Source: Octopus bimaculoides (lineage: Eukaryota). Taken from it: DNA of 49,947 nucleotides. The stretch spans positions 47,036,982 to 47,086,928 of the forward strand of contig NC_068997.1 of NCBI RefSeq assembly GCF_001194135.2, given 5' to 3'. Below are positions 37,990 through 49,947 of the stretch, piece after piece; within the stretch, counting starts at the first letter, position 1, and each line of letters begins with the position of its first letter. Below the pieces are notes generated by a model that saw only the letters and a program-made list of their open reading frames with translations, was not told the origin of the DNA and ran no database searches. Made by a program: the position numbers and the translations under genes.

Positions 37990-38830
37990 CGATTGCAAAA
38001 ACCTAAGATTTTAATTCCAATAAGGGTTGTGTGGGTGTGTGGATGATGGTGTGGATGTGCAGATGATGGTGTGTGGTGCGAGTGCTGAGAAGTGGTCAGT
38101 GCCAGTCTGTGTGTGGAGTGGTGTAGGGTGGTGATGTGGTGTGGTTGCGTGTGGTGTGGGAGTGTGGGGATATGGGTTGGGGATGTGGGTGGGGTGGATA
38201 TGTGAGGGTATGGGTAGAGTATGTGGAGTGGGGTGTGGGTGGAGGGGTATCAATGAAGAGAGAAGGTGGGTGGGAGTGAAGAGAGGAAGTAAGCGTCAGG
38301 GGAAGAGAGGAGAGGTTGGTAGGAGTGAAGAGAGAAGAGGGGAGTCTGATGAAGAGAGGATGGGAGTAGAGCACATGTGGAGCAAAGGAACAAAGAGAGA
38401 AGATTAATTCCTGTCCAGATGGCCCTTGTGCAAAGACAATCCGAACACAGACAGCTGTTATAGTGAATGAACCGTAGAGCAGAAATGGCGCATGACCAGG
38501 GTGTCATTACCGAGTTTGATGTCTCGGAAGTGCTCCGCGAACCGGTCAGTCAATGAGTCGGTGATGTGATAGGGACAATGATGTGTGCTTGTGAGGATAG
38601 TGGTGTTGGAGAGGTAGGGGCAAGTGCAGAAGCGTAGGCGGGAGCATGGGAATGGGCCAGGCTGGGAGGTTGGGTTTAGGTAGAAACTGTGGACCAGGTC
38701 ACGTAGCTTGTGGGCTCATTTAAAGGAGCGAAGAGGTAGATTGGAGGAGATGTGCGAGGTGGAGCGGTCGGACTGAAGGCTCGAAGAATGGTGCGTTGGA
38801 GGGAAAGGGTGGAGGGTGGTAGGTAAGATA
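37990..38830 (-). mobile_element. Penelope-like element 3' fragment (linker and GIY-YIG region, internally deleted) with low-complexity tail
   Basis: KLRDLVHS, PGPFPCSRLRFCTCPY and DRFAEHFRDIK...RHFCSTVHSL match PLE endonuclease flanks; the YIG-containing segment is missing. Confidence 0.8.
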
Positions 38831-38859
38831 TATATATATATATATATATATGCAATTTT

Positions 38860-38934
38860 GAATTTAGTTTACAGACCCCAGTACTACCTTTGCGGACCAG
38901 CAGGAGTCCACAGACCCCAGGTTGGGAACAACTG
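38860..38934. mobile_element. hAT-type MITE end
   Basis: ggagtccacagaccccaggttgggaacaactg resembles Charlie/MER5-type termini. Confidence 0.55.
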
Positions 38935-39039
38935 ATGTAGAGAATGATAAATGAAATATTCAAATTTCGAAGGAATAAATATCTTAAAAAATGACTAACC
39001 CTATTTCAATTTTAATAACTGATAGGAACGCAGACCGGT

Positions 39040-40730
39040 ATCAACTTCAATGTGAATCTAGTAAATTTTTCGACAGCACTAAAATGCCATAAAGTGGTTC
39101 TTTACACAACGCCTAACAAGAATAGATATTCGTTCTGTTGTAACCTACAACATCCTAATGATATTAAATTAAAACCGATTAAACTAAAACTCATTAACTT
39201 TTCAGATATCCTTTCGAAATATATTTTGAATTACGCACCGAGTTCCATAAGAGATAACTTGCCATTTCCTGAAAAAATAAACTAAATTTTGATGCTGTCA
39301 TTGTCTCATTTTATGTACGAACTTTCATAGTATAATTCCAAATAAATACGGATTAATGGTTATTTATGCTTTGGCTGGACATGTTTTGTAACGCGTCCTC
39401 TGAGCAAAAATAAAAATAAAATGCACTTTTGAAGAAATTAAATTCGTCTTTTAAAACTATTATTTCCATTTCAATGGCAATATGTACAGACATGTACCTG
39501 AGACTACAATGGGAACAAGAGTTGCCCTAACTCATGCTAATTAAGTTATAGCATACTTATAAGTTCAAATATATGAAAAATCCAGATGAAGATACGGCAA
39601 CAATTCCCATGAATAGATAATGGACAACTTGAAACATCTGGATTGTTTTATTCTATGGATATAATATTGATTAACTAAATGTGTTTGAACCCTTAGCATT
39701 ACAATTAACCATTAAATTTACGATGAAATGTAGTAAAAACCATATTAATTTCTCTAGACATTCAAAGAACACGCACAACAAAGTCATCGACATCTACTTC
39801 AAACCAACAGATTGAAAAGAATAATTTGTTAATTAACTTTTGACATCCAAAGTATGCAAGAACATATATAATACTTAATTTTGTAAGAAAAATCGACAAA
39901 AGTGTATCCATTCTAGAAACTGAAGATAAATAGCTTCAAATATTAAAGAATATATTATTCGATAGGCGTATCAAGCAGCATTAATTTAAAAGGCAACAAA
40001 ACGTACAAAAGTGATAAATATTGAGTAATTCTCTAAAAACTGATACTTCAGATATTTTAAATGCTTTGTGTCGTTTATGTCAACAAACAAGCCATGTAAA
40101 ACAGAAGCGTATAACAATATTCAACAGAAAATATCATTATAGAAGGAAGACATGAAAATGAAAATTGCGCTCAAACACAAGAAATATTATAAGGACACAA
40201 GAAGTAAAAAAAAAAACACTAGAAATCCTTCAAGCAACTAACTATATAGAGTCAAATTATGTCAGTAGACAAAAAGTGCCGACGCTCTAACTTCGAAATC
40301 TGTATTAATCCCACTGAAGGTGTAAGTTATGAATTTAAATAAAGACAGATATTTACTATAAAGAATAACTTCACTTGTGTTTCATGGAATATGATCTATC
40401 TTATTAAATGTAACAGATGTAATGTAGATTAAATAGGGCAGGCAGAGACATGACAGTCCATAGACAACAGATACGAAATTCCGTCATCAGGGAAATGCCT
40501 TCTATTGAATATTTATACATTTCGACTAATGTGCGGTGGAAAATTTCTCTTACTACCAAGTCTGCTTATTGTAATTATGTGCTGGCAATAACACAAATGA
40601 ATTACGGAACAGTAAAATGTATTTATTATCAAATACAAACTGTGTATAAATGGGAGTTGTTCTGCAAATTACGTTGTTGGTAATATTACTAGTTTTTGGA
40701 AAATGTAAAAAAAAAAAAAAATCAGTAAAC
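39040..40730 (+). mobile_element. Degenerate Penelope-like element (RT plus GIY-YIG)
   Basis: TTMGTRVALTHAN, IKFTM, DIYFKPTD and HPK (PLE RT/thumb); FTIKNNFTCVSWNMIYLIKCNRC..IGQ and MTVHRQQIR (GIY-YIG). Many stops. Confidence 0.85.
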
Positions 40731-40775
40731 AAGCTCATTTATTTCCCCCTACCAAACGAAAGATAATAATAATAA

Positions 40776-40795
40776 CTGAAGAACCTGTTGGGAAA
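40776..40795 (+). ncRNA. Hammerhead-core-like motif immediately 3' of the PLE
   Basis: CTGAAGA-A-CC(TGTT)GG-GAAA; stems I and III are not resolved. Confidence 0.3.
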
Positions 40796-40991
40796 ATGTA
40801 AAAAATCTAAAATAATTTAGATGTAGTTTCATCTTAATTTTTTCATATCCCTGCTTGTATTGAAAGTAGAAACAAGTATATATAATTAACACACATACAC
40901 ACACACACATACAAACGCACATACACACATACATACATACATAATACATACATACATACATACATATGTATATATTCATATCTATATATAT

Positions 40992-41190
40992 AGGCGCAGG
41001 AGTGACTGTGTGGTAAGAATCTTGCTAGGTGCAGGAGTGGCTGTGTAGTACGTCCATCCATCCATACATACATTCAAATATGATAAAGAAATACGTATAG
41101 GACGAGCTTCCATGCAGCTTCAGTTTACCAAATCGCCTACATGGCAATTATGAAAGGTGATGCGCAATGACATTCAATTCGAAATTAACT
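40992..41190 (+). mobile_element. SINE family B head (duplicated head) plus body fragments
   Basis: aggcgcaggagtgactgtgtggtaag followed by ggtgcaggagtggctgtgt. Confidence 0.75.
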
Positions 41191-41199
41191 GGTCGCAAA

Positions 41200-42130
41200 G
41201 CAACTTTTTAAACATAAAACCATATTTGTACATTCATCCCTATTTAGATATTTTCACTTTAAATTAATCTTCTTTCAATGTATCTTTGGTTATCCAACCT
41301 TACTTAGACGTTTTATAAAATCGCAATCCCCGTTCTAACATTTGTGTATAACTTAGTATCTTTAAAATTATATCTTTTGGGTGTTCCATACTTCCAGATA
41401 ATTTCGATCTTTTAACATTCTACCCAAATTGAACTCAGATATTAGGAATTATTTTAACTCATCTTAAATTGTATTAACTAGTTCTAATGTGTGAATCTGC
41501 ATATTTCGTTCACAAATTTCTTGCAAAGGCAGAATATTCTAAAGATATTTCTTTTTGAGAAATTTCAAATAATTTAATAGATATTTCAAGTTAACCGTCT
41601 TTCGTGTCTGCTTTTTATCCGATCTTTTCTTTTACTCTTCACTTTCTTTCTTCTACTCACTCTGTCTATATACTTTTTTTCTTTTTCATTCTATTTATTT
41701 CTTATTTTCTCTTTCTTTTTTTCCGAGTTTCTTTTTCATCTTGTATTTTTTCCTTTCGCATACTGTCTCACTCCCGATATATACATACATACTTGTACAT
41801 GTGTTTCTGTGTGTATATATATATATATATATGTATAATATATATCTTAATGTATGTATATCCATATATTTATATAGTTGAGTATATATATATATATAAT
41901 TTAATATTTTGCTTGGGCATAGTAACAATAATAACCTACAACTCAACATTCATATGCTTCAAAACCAAGCGTCAGTCGAGTACAGAGCACTAACAAAAAG
42001 AATAAACTATTAAATTCTGAATTGAATTGCCTTACAGCTGTTTCTGCTATTAGATGCAGTACACTCATAGCTGTGTGCTTGAGTATCTCCTTATAGCTTC
42101 ATCGGAGCGTCAAACACATATAATTATAGA
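41200..42130 (-). mobile_element. Dispersed repeat, probable PLE 5' region (paralog at 46190-46620)
   Basis: 41485-41600 aligns with 46315-46445 (aatgtgtgaatctgcatatt...aatattctaaaga.atttctttttga). The PLE assignment is inference from decayed frames and the adjacent hammerhead-like motif. Confidence 0.5.
42029..42109 (-). ncRNA. Degenerate hammerhead-like motif with palindromic stem III
   Basis: Minus strand reads GCT-CCGATGA-A-GCT(46 nt)AGC-A-GAA-ACAGCTGT-A-AGGC; ACAGCTGT is a perfect palindrome. Confidence 0.5.
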
Positions 42131-42662
42131 TATATGTATGTAGATATGTGTGTGTATATGTATGTATGTATAAACAGAAACATGTATACACATAAACATA
42201 TATATAGTACACGCACACGTGCATTCACACACACATGTATACGCATGACGCATAAATATATATCGTACAAACGTACAAATTGTATGTTGTAAGTTTGCAC
42301 GAACAAGTGTTAAGTCCTGAATGCATTAAAATACTTGGATACATATAGAAACAAAAAGCTTTACCTGTAATATTTCATGACCCAAAGAGGTATGGCATTA
42401 ATCTATAATAATCTATAACCTTACTATTAACCTATAATATTTCATGACACACGGGAACGGCATTAATCATGAGATAAAAAAATCAAAACCTACATAACGT
42501 TTTCTGTCCATGAAAAATATTGATAATGGCGATAAGTATTTCCGGTTACACGTGTCTTAATCCCGTTGTGATATGGGCTAAATGTCATCACTTTTGAGAT
42601 ATCTATAATTTAGGGTTTCTTATTTCGTTTAGACTGACTAGAGCTATCAGTTGGATACACGC

Positions 42663-42715
<53 letters not shown>

Positions 42716-43010
42716 AGTGTGGATGTGTTCAGAAACACACAGATACGTGTGTGTGTGTGTGTGTAATTTCAAGTGTGTGTTGTTTAATTAATACGCATGC
42801 CGATGGAACATATGCCTAAGCACTGTGTTCATATATGTGTGCGTGTGTATGCATGTATATGCACGCACAAACATGCACGCACACAAACACACACATATTC
42901 TCGTATATATATTATATATACGTATATAAGTCTTACACGCATTGTATGTATGTATGTATGTATGTATGTATATAACACACAAATACACACAAGCACGTAC
43001 ACACACCCAA

Positions 43011-43073
<63 letters not shown>

Positions 43074-43679
43074 GTAAAAATTTTAAGAATGTGAGATTGG
43101 GTGAAAGACAATTTGAAGCTTTAATATAATAATTATCTATCTCTTAGGTGAAAATTAAATTTAATTTTTATGTATTAATTTCCAAGGAAGATTAGAATAG
43201 AAATAGGTGATAGAAACTATTGAGGGGAATGATGTTTCATTTTGAAGATAAAGACATAGAAACTATAATTCTTGTTATAGCAAACGTGCTAAAGAAATAG
43301 TAAAACGTGTGAGTGTGTAATAGCTGCTGGTATATAGTTGTGTGTTAATCAATTATGTCAGGTGATGTTATATCTTTCTAATACTCAGCAGATATTTCTC
43401 GAGCTCACAGCATTTGTTGACTGCCAGATATGGATATTATATAATCAGCGGATTTCTAGATGCTTTTGGTGGAATTCTTTTCCTTACTAAAGGAAAACAA
43501 CTGGGCTTTGTAGCATATATGATGTTTACATCATTCGGGCATCTTTCATTTTTCGTTCAAGGTGGACAATATTTTTTTCAATGTCCAGACGCAAGTAAAT
43601 AATTAAACTGCGTTTCTCTTTCCTGTGTTTTTGAATGAATGAGTAGGTTTGAAATATTTTTCTTTGAATTTATCATTCA

Positions 43680-43750
43680 GGCGCAGGCGTGGCAGTTTGG
43701 TTAAAAGTTTACTTCCTCACTGTATGGTTCCGGGTTCAATTCCATAAATT
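43680..43750 (+). mobile_element. SINE family B head
   Basis: ggcgcaggcgtggcagtttggttaa...ggttccgggttcaattcc. Confidence 0.75.
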
Positions 43751-43839
43751 CACCATATTTTATAAATATGTATATATGTTTATATATATATATATATATA
43801 CATGCATATATATATATGTGTAAATATATATATACATGC

Positions 43840-43871
<32 letters not shown>

Positions 43872-43872
<1 letters not shown>

Positions 43873-44016
43873 CGATGAGCTGCTTTCAGTTTACGTCTAC
43901 CAAATCCATTCACAAGGATTTGGTCGGACTGAGGTTATAGTAGAAGACACTTGCCCAAGGTGTCATGTAGTGGGACTGAACGCAGAACCATGTGATTGGG
44001 AAGTAAACCCTTTACC
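43872..44016 (-). mobile_element. SINE family B, 5' portion abutting (TA)n
   Basis: Homologous to 1976-2125. Confidence 0.85.
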
Positions 44017-44579
44017 NNNNNNNNNNNNNNNNNNNNNNNNNNNNNNNNNNNNNNNNNNNNNNNNNNNNNNNNNNNNNNNNNNNNNNNNNNNNNNNNNNNN
44101 NNNNNNNNNNNNNNNNNNNNNNNNNNNNNNNNNNNNNNNNNNNNNNNNNNNNNNNNNNNNNNNNNNNNNNNNNNNNNNNNNNNNNNNNNNNNNNNNNNNN
44201 NNNNNNNNNNNNNNNNNNNNNNNNNNNNNNNNNNNNNNNNNNNNNNNNNNNNNNNNNNNNNNNNNNNNNNNNNNNNNNNNNNNNNNNNNNNNNNNNNNNN
44301 NNNNNNNNNNNNNNNNNNNNNNNNNNNNNNNNNNNNNNNNNNNNNNNNNNNNNNNNNNNNNNNNNNNNNNNNNNNNNNNNNNNNNNNNNNNNNNNNNNNN
44401 NNNNNNNNNNNNNNNNNNNNNNNNNNNNNNNNNNNNNNNNNNNNNNNNNNNNNNNNNNNNNNNNNNNNNNNNNNNNNNNNNNNNNNNNNNNNNNNNNNNN
44501 NNNNNNNNNNNNNNNNNNNNNNNNNNNNNNNNNNNNNNNNNNNNNNNNNNNNNNNNNNNNNNNNNNNNNNNNNNNNNNN

Positions 44580-44616
<37 letters not shown>

Positions 44617-44657
44617 ATATGTATATATATATAAATACATATGTGTGTGTGCATGAA

Positions 44658-44731
<74 letters not shown>

Positions 44732-44753
44732 AATCAATCTAATCTAATCTATT

Positions 44754-44790
<37 letters not shown>

Positions 44791-44802
44791 CTCACTGTCT
44801 CC

Positions 44803-44843
<41 letters not shown>

Positions 44844-45079
44844 CCAAAAATTGTGACCAAGTGTTTCACAAAAGCACTCAAACGCATGCCCATACTACAC
44901 ACGTACACCCACGCACGAGCACCGTGAAATATAAACATACAGATATAAATAGTTGGAGGAAAATAAGAGACTGTTATTACACTTTAGGGAATACTTTACA
45001 ATTAATAGACAATTTCCTTCTCATACATATACTGAAATATATGCTCACATTCATAGAAAGAGAAGGGGGAGGGAGACAG

Positions 45080-45620
45080 GGCAGAAGAAAGAGAGAAACA
45101 TTAAAAAGTCTGATGTCAAATATGTCATCATCGAGTCAGCGACGCCAAAACGGCTGCGCCGAATAATCTCATAAGCCTTTATACTATTTGTTTCGTATGG
45201 ATGCAATTAAGTGTCTTCCATAATTACATCCATATAAAAAAAATGAAATTACACCGAAACGATTAGATATCCTGGGTAAGAATGTCTCAATTAGATAACA
45301 GTTATCTGTTAGTAAGGAAGTATTTTAAAGACCATTCCAATGAACTTTCTGTGTGCGGTGAAGATTTAAAGACAAACTGTTCAAGGAGAAAATTGCGTGA
45401 ATTGAATCTTCTCATAGAACAGCTGATCCTAAAAGTGGAAAACGAATCAAACACTGGTTTAACCTACCATATAATCAAAAAGTAGAAATACTTAGAGAAA
45501 ATGATCTTCCTTATATGAAGGAATACTTACTACTGGAACATAGTTATAGAAATATTCAATAAGAATAAAATTCAAATCTCACACTCAACAGCTCTTTTCG
45601 TTCGAAGGGTTGCCTCATCG
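45080..45620 (+). mobile_element. Penelope-like element linker fragment
   Basis: HWFNLPYNQKV and EIFNKNKIQISH match the PLE IWFNPPY / KIFNRNTVKISY motifs. Confidence 0.7.
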
Positions 45621-45964
45621 AACATGAACTAAACTTAACAAAGTAGCTTAATTTATGATCCTCCTCTCATTGTTATAATTGTACGATTCTATCACTGTGC
45701 ACTTTGAAGTCGATCTTCCCAGCTTAAGATATTGTGTATCGGTGTTAAAGCACACACTGGCATCAGTTATAATATTTTTGAAAACCGGTGCAATTACCAT
45801 TAAGTTTTTTCCTTCAGACACTTTTCAAGATAAAGAATTTCACTTTCTATATTTGTATGAGATCTGAAGGAAAACATTCAACATAAAACGGAATATCCTA
45901 AAATTAAAATCATACGTTGACGACAGGGAACAATGTGGACTCGTTCTAGTGGTGTTGAAATTCT

Positions 45965-46150
45965 AGGTAGTAAAGACGCCGGTTAATTACTTGCAGTTAT
46001 AAAAGGTTTTAAAATATATACTTCTAAATATCAATTCAGTTGAGTGAACTGGAGTAACGAGAAATGAAGTGTTTTGCTCAAGAACAAAACACATCGCCCA
46101 GCCCACGCATAGAAACCACAATCTTACGATCATAAGTCCATCACCCCAAC
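45965..46150 (-). mobile_element. SINE family C-related fragment
   Basis: gagtgaactggagtaacgagaaatgaagtgttttgctcaag...aaccacaatcttacgatc. Confidence 0.8.
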
Positions 46151-46189
46151 CATTAATCCATGCACCTCCACAGCACCAATGTGTATCTT

Positions 46190-46620
46190 ACAAGAATCTT
46201 CACACTTATGTCCCTTCAGTATTCCATACTTCTCGACAATGTTGATCTTTTAACATTCTGCTCAAATCGAAGTAAGTATTATTTTAAATTATTTTAAATA
46301 GTATTAACTGTGTTTTAATGTGTGAATCTGCATATTTTATTCGCCCTCAATTTTACTAAAGCATTCACTTTTTCAAAATATTCTAAAGACATTTCTTTTT
46401 GACGAATTTCAAATAACTTAATAGATACTTCAACTTAAGTATCTTTCTTCTCTACTTTTCATTCACTTTCTCTTTCTTCTTCTCCCCAACTTTCTTTCCT
46501 CCTCTCTCTTTATTTATTTCTTCTATTCGTACTGTTTATATATTCTGCATTTTTTTCATCTGCTTTTTTCACCGTTTCCTCATCACTCCTTCATCATGGC
46601 TGCTCAGTGTGTGTATCACC
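46190..46620 (-). mobile_element. Second copy of the 41200-41770 repeat (probable PLE 5' region)
   Basis: Direct similarity to 41390-41700. Confidence 0.55.
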
Positions 46621-46703
46621 TTATATATATACATACATTTATATATATATATGTATATATATAGATATATACACACATATACACATATGTGTATGTGTGT
46701 GTG

Positions 46704-46792
<89 letters not shown>

Positions 46793-46794
46793 GT

Positions 46795-46826
<32 letters not shown>

Positions 46827-47457
46827 GTATTTTTATATATTTCTATATATTTATATGCGCGTGCGTGTATATATGTATATATATCCGTATCAATGTATAT
46901 ATGTATATTTTCTATTTCATGACATATTACACTCTATTTCTTCAACTCCCTCATTTTCTTTCAAGCTTCTTAGTTTTCAATCTCTCTCGCTGCCGATTCG
47001 TATTCTCAACTCTATTCCCCTAATAAGCTGTTACCGTTTTCTTTTTCTCGTTTTCTTTCGCCTTTTACTGTTTTTTTCTTCTGTCTCTTATAATTACTTT
47101 CTGTCTGCAGCGAGAACTACGAGCTTTCCTTGCCGAAACGAAAATTCAAATATTATGGGGAAAATCTAAGAAAGTAGCAAATATAAAATATATCTACAAT
47201 ATTTAAAAAAGAAATAATGTTCTTTTCTAAATATTCATTTGTACAACTGCATAATGAAATATTTAAATGTTTCCCTACAGAAAGGAGCTGGTTTCTATCA
47301 AAAATACAAAACTCCATCGTTGGAATGCAGGCAACAAAAACAATGTCATATTTAAACCTGAGAAAAGTCTTTCCTATTTTCGCTATTGCACTTACAGATT
47401 GTATTTGTAACGAGCGAGTTTGTTCGTTGATTGCTTTTCCTGAAATTCTAAGCTTAC

Positions 47458-47652
47458 CCAGACTGTCAGTTAGGCATTTACACACAAAACCAAGTGCACT
47501 ATTATTGGTATAAATGTAAATTAGTAATCTAGGTATTGAAACTGGTGATATCGGAGCAGTTGTGCAGAAGTATCTTCTCTCTCCTTGATTTCCGAAGAGA
47601 TATTCACATCGTCGGGATGCGAAATATTTTTTCTCACAAGAGTTCCGGACCC
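47458..47652 (-). CDS. Candidate 195-bp phase 1-1 exon inside a 179-codon ORF (47153-47692)
   Basis: Acceptor gagttccttacag|G and donor CTGG|gtaagc; encodes VRNSCEKKYFASRRCEY...GFVCKCLTDSL. No family recognised. Confidence 0.3.
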
Positions 47653-47826
47653 CTGTAAGGAACTCATTTGCATACATCCAATCAGAGCTCACCTCGATCT
47701 TGTTGTCAAGTTAACAAACACACTCTCCCAAGTAAACTCAAGACGAGGAACGGTGTTGTAATAAAATAGATTTGCATCCTACCGATCTACCTATCTGTCT
47801 TTCTATCTCTTTCTCCCTCTCTCTTG

Positions 47827-47888
<62 letters not shown>

Positions 47889-48486
47889 NNNNNNNNNNAT
47901 CTATATATGTCTACCTACCTACCTACCTACCTACCTACCTACCTACCTACCTATCTACCTACCTACCTGCCTGCCTGCCTGCCTGTCTGCCTATCTACCA
48001 GCATGTCTGCCTGCCTGCTGTCTGTTTGTCTGTCTGTTTGTCTGTCTGTCTCTCAGCCTCTCCATCGATCTATCTATCTGTCTGTCTATCTATTTATCTA
48101 CCTATCTAATTTTATATCTACTTCTATGTCCATAAACCTCTTATATATATCTTTAAATGTATGTATCCATAAACTTTGATATCCATGAGCTTTTAAAACT
48201 ATTATAACCATAAACCTATTATAGAATATCAAACCTCCTTCTACTTCCTTCTACTCTGTTATCTTTCATCGTATTTTATCGTGTTTTGTTTTCATTTCTT
48301 TTCTCATCTTCCTATTTTAACTTTCTTAGCCTTTCCCACTAACGACGTTATCCTGTTTTCTGACTACATACATAACTATATCTATATCTATCTATCTATC
48401 TGCCTGTGTACATGTATGTATGTATGTATGTATGTATGTATGTATGTATGTATGTATGTATGTCTGTCTGTCTGTCTGTCTGTCTT

Positions 48487-48547
<61 letters not shown>

Positions 48548-48627
48548 TTGTTTGTTTGTCTGTCTGTCTGTCTGCCTATCCATCTTTCTATCTATCTGCG
48601 TGTGAAAGCGCTTGTACGCACGTATGT

Positions 48628-48725
48628 GAAGGCACCTGACGTAGTGGTTAGGCTGTTGGACTCACAGTCGTGAAATCGCGCGTTCGATTCCCAGACTGGG
48701 CAGTGCATTGTGTTTTTGAGCAAAA
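48628..48725 (+). mobile_element. SINE family C-related head
   Basis: tgacgtagtggttagg / gttcgattccc boxes, then ttgtgtttttgagcaaaacac. Confidence 0.75.
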
Positions 48726-48761
48726 CACGCCGTTTCACGTCGCTCCTGACCCCCTTTCGGC

Positions 48762-49101
48762 CAAGAGAGCGCAGACCTCCACCAAGGGAACACCAACGTC
48801 CTCTCAACGATTAACCGGAGATAATTTAAAAAATGAGAATATCTGAAATAAACTCGATTACTCTCACAAACGAGAAACTAAAAATTAACCCGACCGCTCT
48901 CAAAAATGAAGTAAAAAATCCGGAAAGTAATTCATAATCCTTGTCCGGTACGAAATCGATCCCCAAATCTAATCAGTTCGTGCTAGTCACGAGGCCAAAC
49001 ATCTCTGAAAGTTTCATGCGAATCCATCCAGTGGTTATTGAGATATTATGCCAACGGACAAGCAAACAAACACGACTGAAAAACAATACCTCCGCCTTCG
49101 C
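48762..49101. mobile_element. Helentron/DINE-like non-autonomous element
   Basis: gagagcgcagacctcc start, caaatctaatcagttc and aagtttcatg.gaatcca internal motifs, short caaa repeat, and gaaaacaatacctccgccttcg end; recalled architecture. Confidence 0.5.
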
Positions 49102-49104
49102 AAT

Positions 49105-49517
49105 CATTTCTACTATAGGCACAAAGCCTGAAACATTAGGGAAGGAGTAATTTGATTACCAACTGGTAATTTGATTACCAACTGGTAATTTGATTACCAA
49201 CTGGTACTTATATATCGACTCAAAAAGAATGAAAGGCAAAATCGACCACAGCAGAATTTGAATTCAGAACGTATAGATGGTAAAAATACCGCTAAGCATT
49301 TTACCCGGCGTGCAAACGACTAATAATAATGATAATAATAATCCTTTCTACTAAAGGCGCATCGATCCCAGTGTTTCACTGGTGCTTAATTTATCGATCC
49401 CGAAACGATGAAAGACAAAGTCAACCTTAACAGAATTTGAAATGAGAACGTAACGGCAGTCGAAATGTCACTAAGCATTTCGTCCGGCGGACTAACGATT
49501 CTGCAAGTTCGCCGCCT
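49105..49517 (-). mobile_element. Two tandem SINE family A copies (about 49105-49320 and 49345-49517)
   Basis: Both match family A body and head. Confidence 0.88.
49148..49204. repeat. Three perfect 19-bp tandem copies (taatttgattaccaactgg) inside a SINE
   Basis: 49148-49166, 49167-49185 and 49186-49204. Confidence 0.97.
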
Positions 49518-49519
49518 CA

Positions 49520-49520
49520 C

Positions 49521-49578
<58 letters not shown>

Positions 49579-49625
49579 TGATGATAATAATAATCATAAT
49601 AATAATAATAATAATGATGATGATG

Positions 49626-49699
<74 letters not shown>

Positions 49700-49745
49700 A
49701 AGAAAAAGAAGAAGAAGAAGAAAAAGAAGAAGAAGAACAACAGCA
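49520..49745. repeat. Triplet cascade AAT/GAT to AAG to AAC
   Basis: Directly visible. Confidence 0.97.
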
Positions 49746-49816
49746 ACAACATTATCCTCTATTCGTTTTTCAATATCTCCTTTGGACACTCGTCTCTCCA
49801 TATACATATTCATACA

Positions 49817-49852
<36 letters not shown>

Positions 49853-49947
49853 TGTATGTGCGTGTGTATATATATATATATATAAATGTGTCTATATGTG
49901 TGTGTATATATATCTATAAATATATGCATACATATACATATGCATAT

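Overview
This is repeat-saturated, AT-rich eukaryotic genomic DNA with 12 N-gaps (about 3.9 kb), most of them next to microsatellites. The SINE families and simple-repeat load look like an octopod cephalopod (Octopus-like) draft assembly; this is an inference from recalled repeat families, not a database result. No protein-coding gene can be called with confidence, and almost all ORFs in the supplied track are microsatellite or N artefacts. Supported content: (i) about 30 copies or fragments of three tRNA-headed SINE families, labelled A, B and C here; (ii) decayed LINEs, namely RTE-clade pieces and a 2 kb R4/Dong-clade element; (iii) several Penelope-like element (PLE) remnants with RT and GIY-YIG motifs; (iv) a hAT transposase remnant, hAT-type MITEs and a Helentron-like non-autonomous element; (v) several minisatellites. 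The most interesting signals are three. First, there is a set of hammerhead-ribozyme-like motifs at presumed PLE termini that share an extra A after the CUGANGA box. Second, a 15-unit 33/34-bp minisatellite has grown inside a SINE. Third, a few splice-flanked candidate exons occur, three of which are phase-compatible on the minus strand. Coordinates were read by hand; element boundaries are approximate (about 10-30 bp), motif and exon boundaries were counted base by base.
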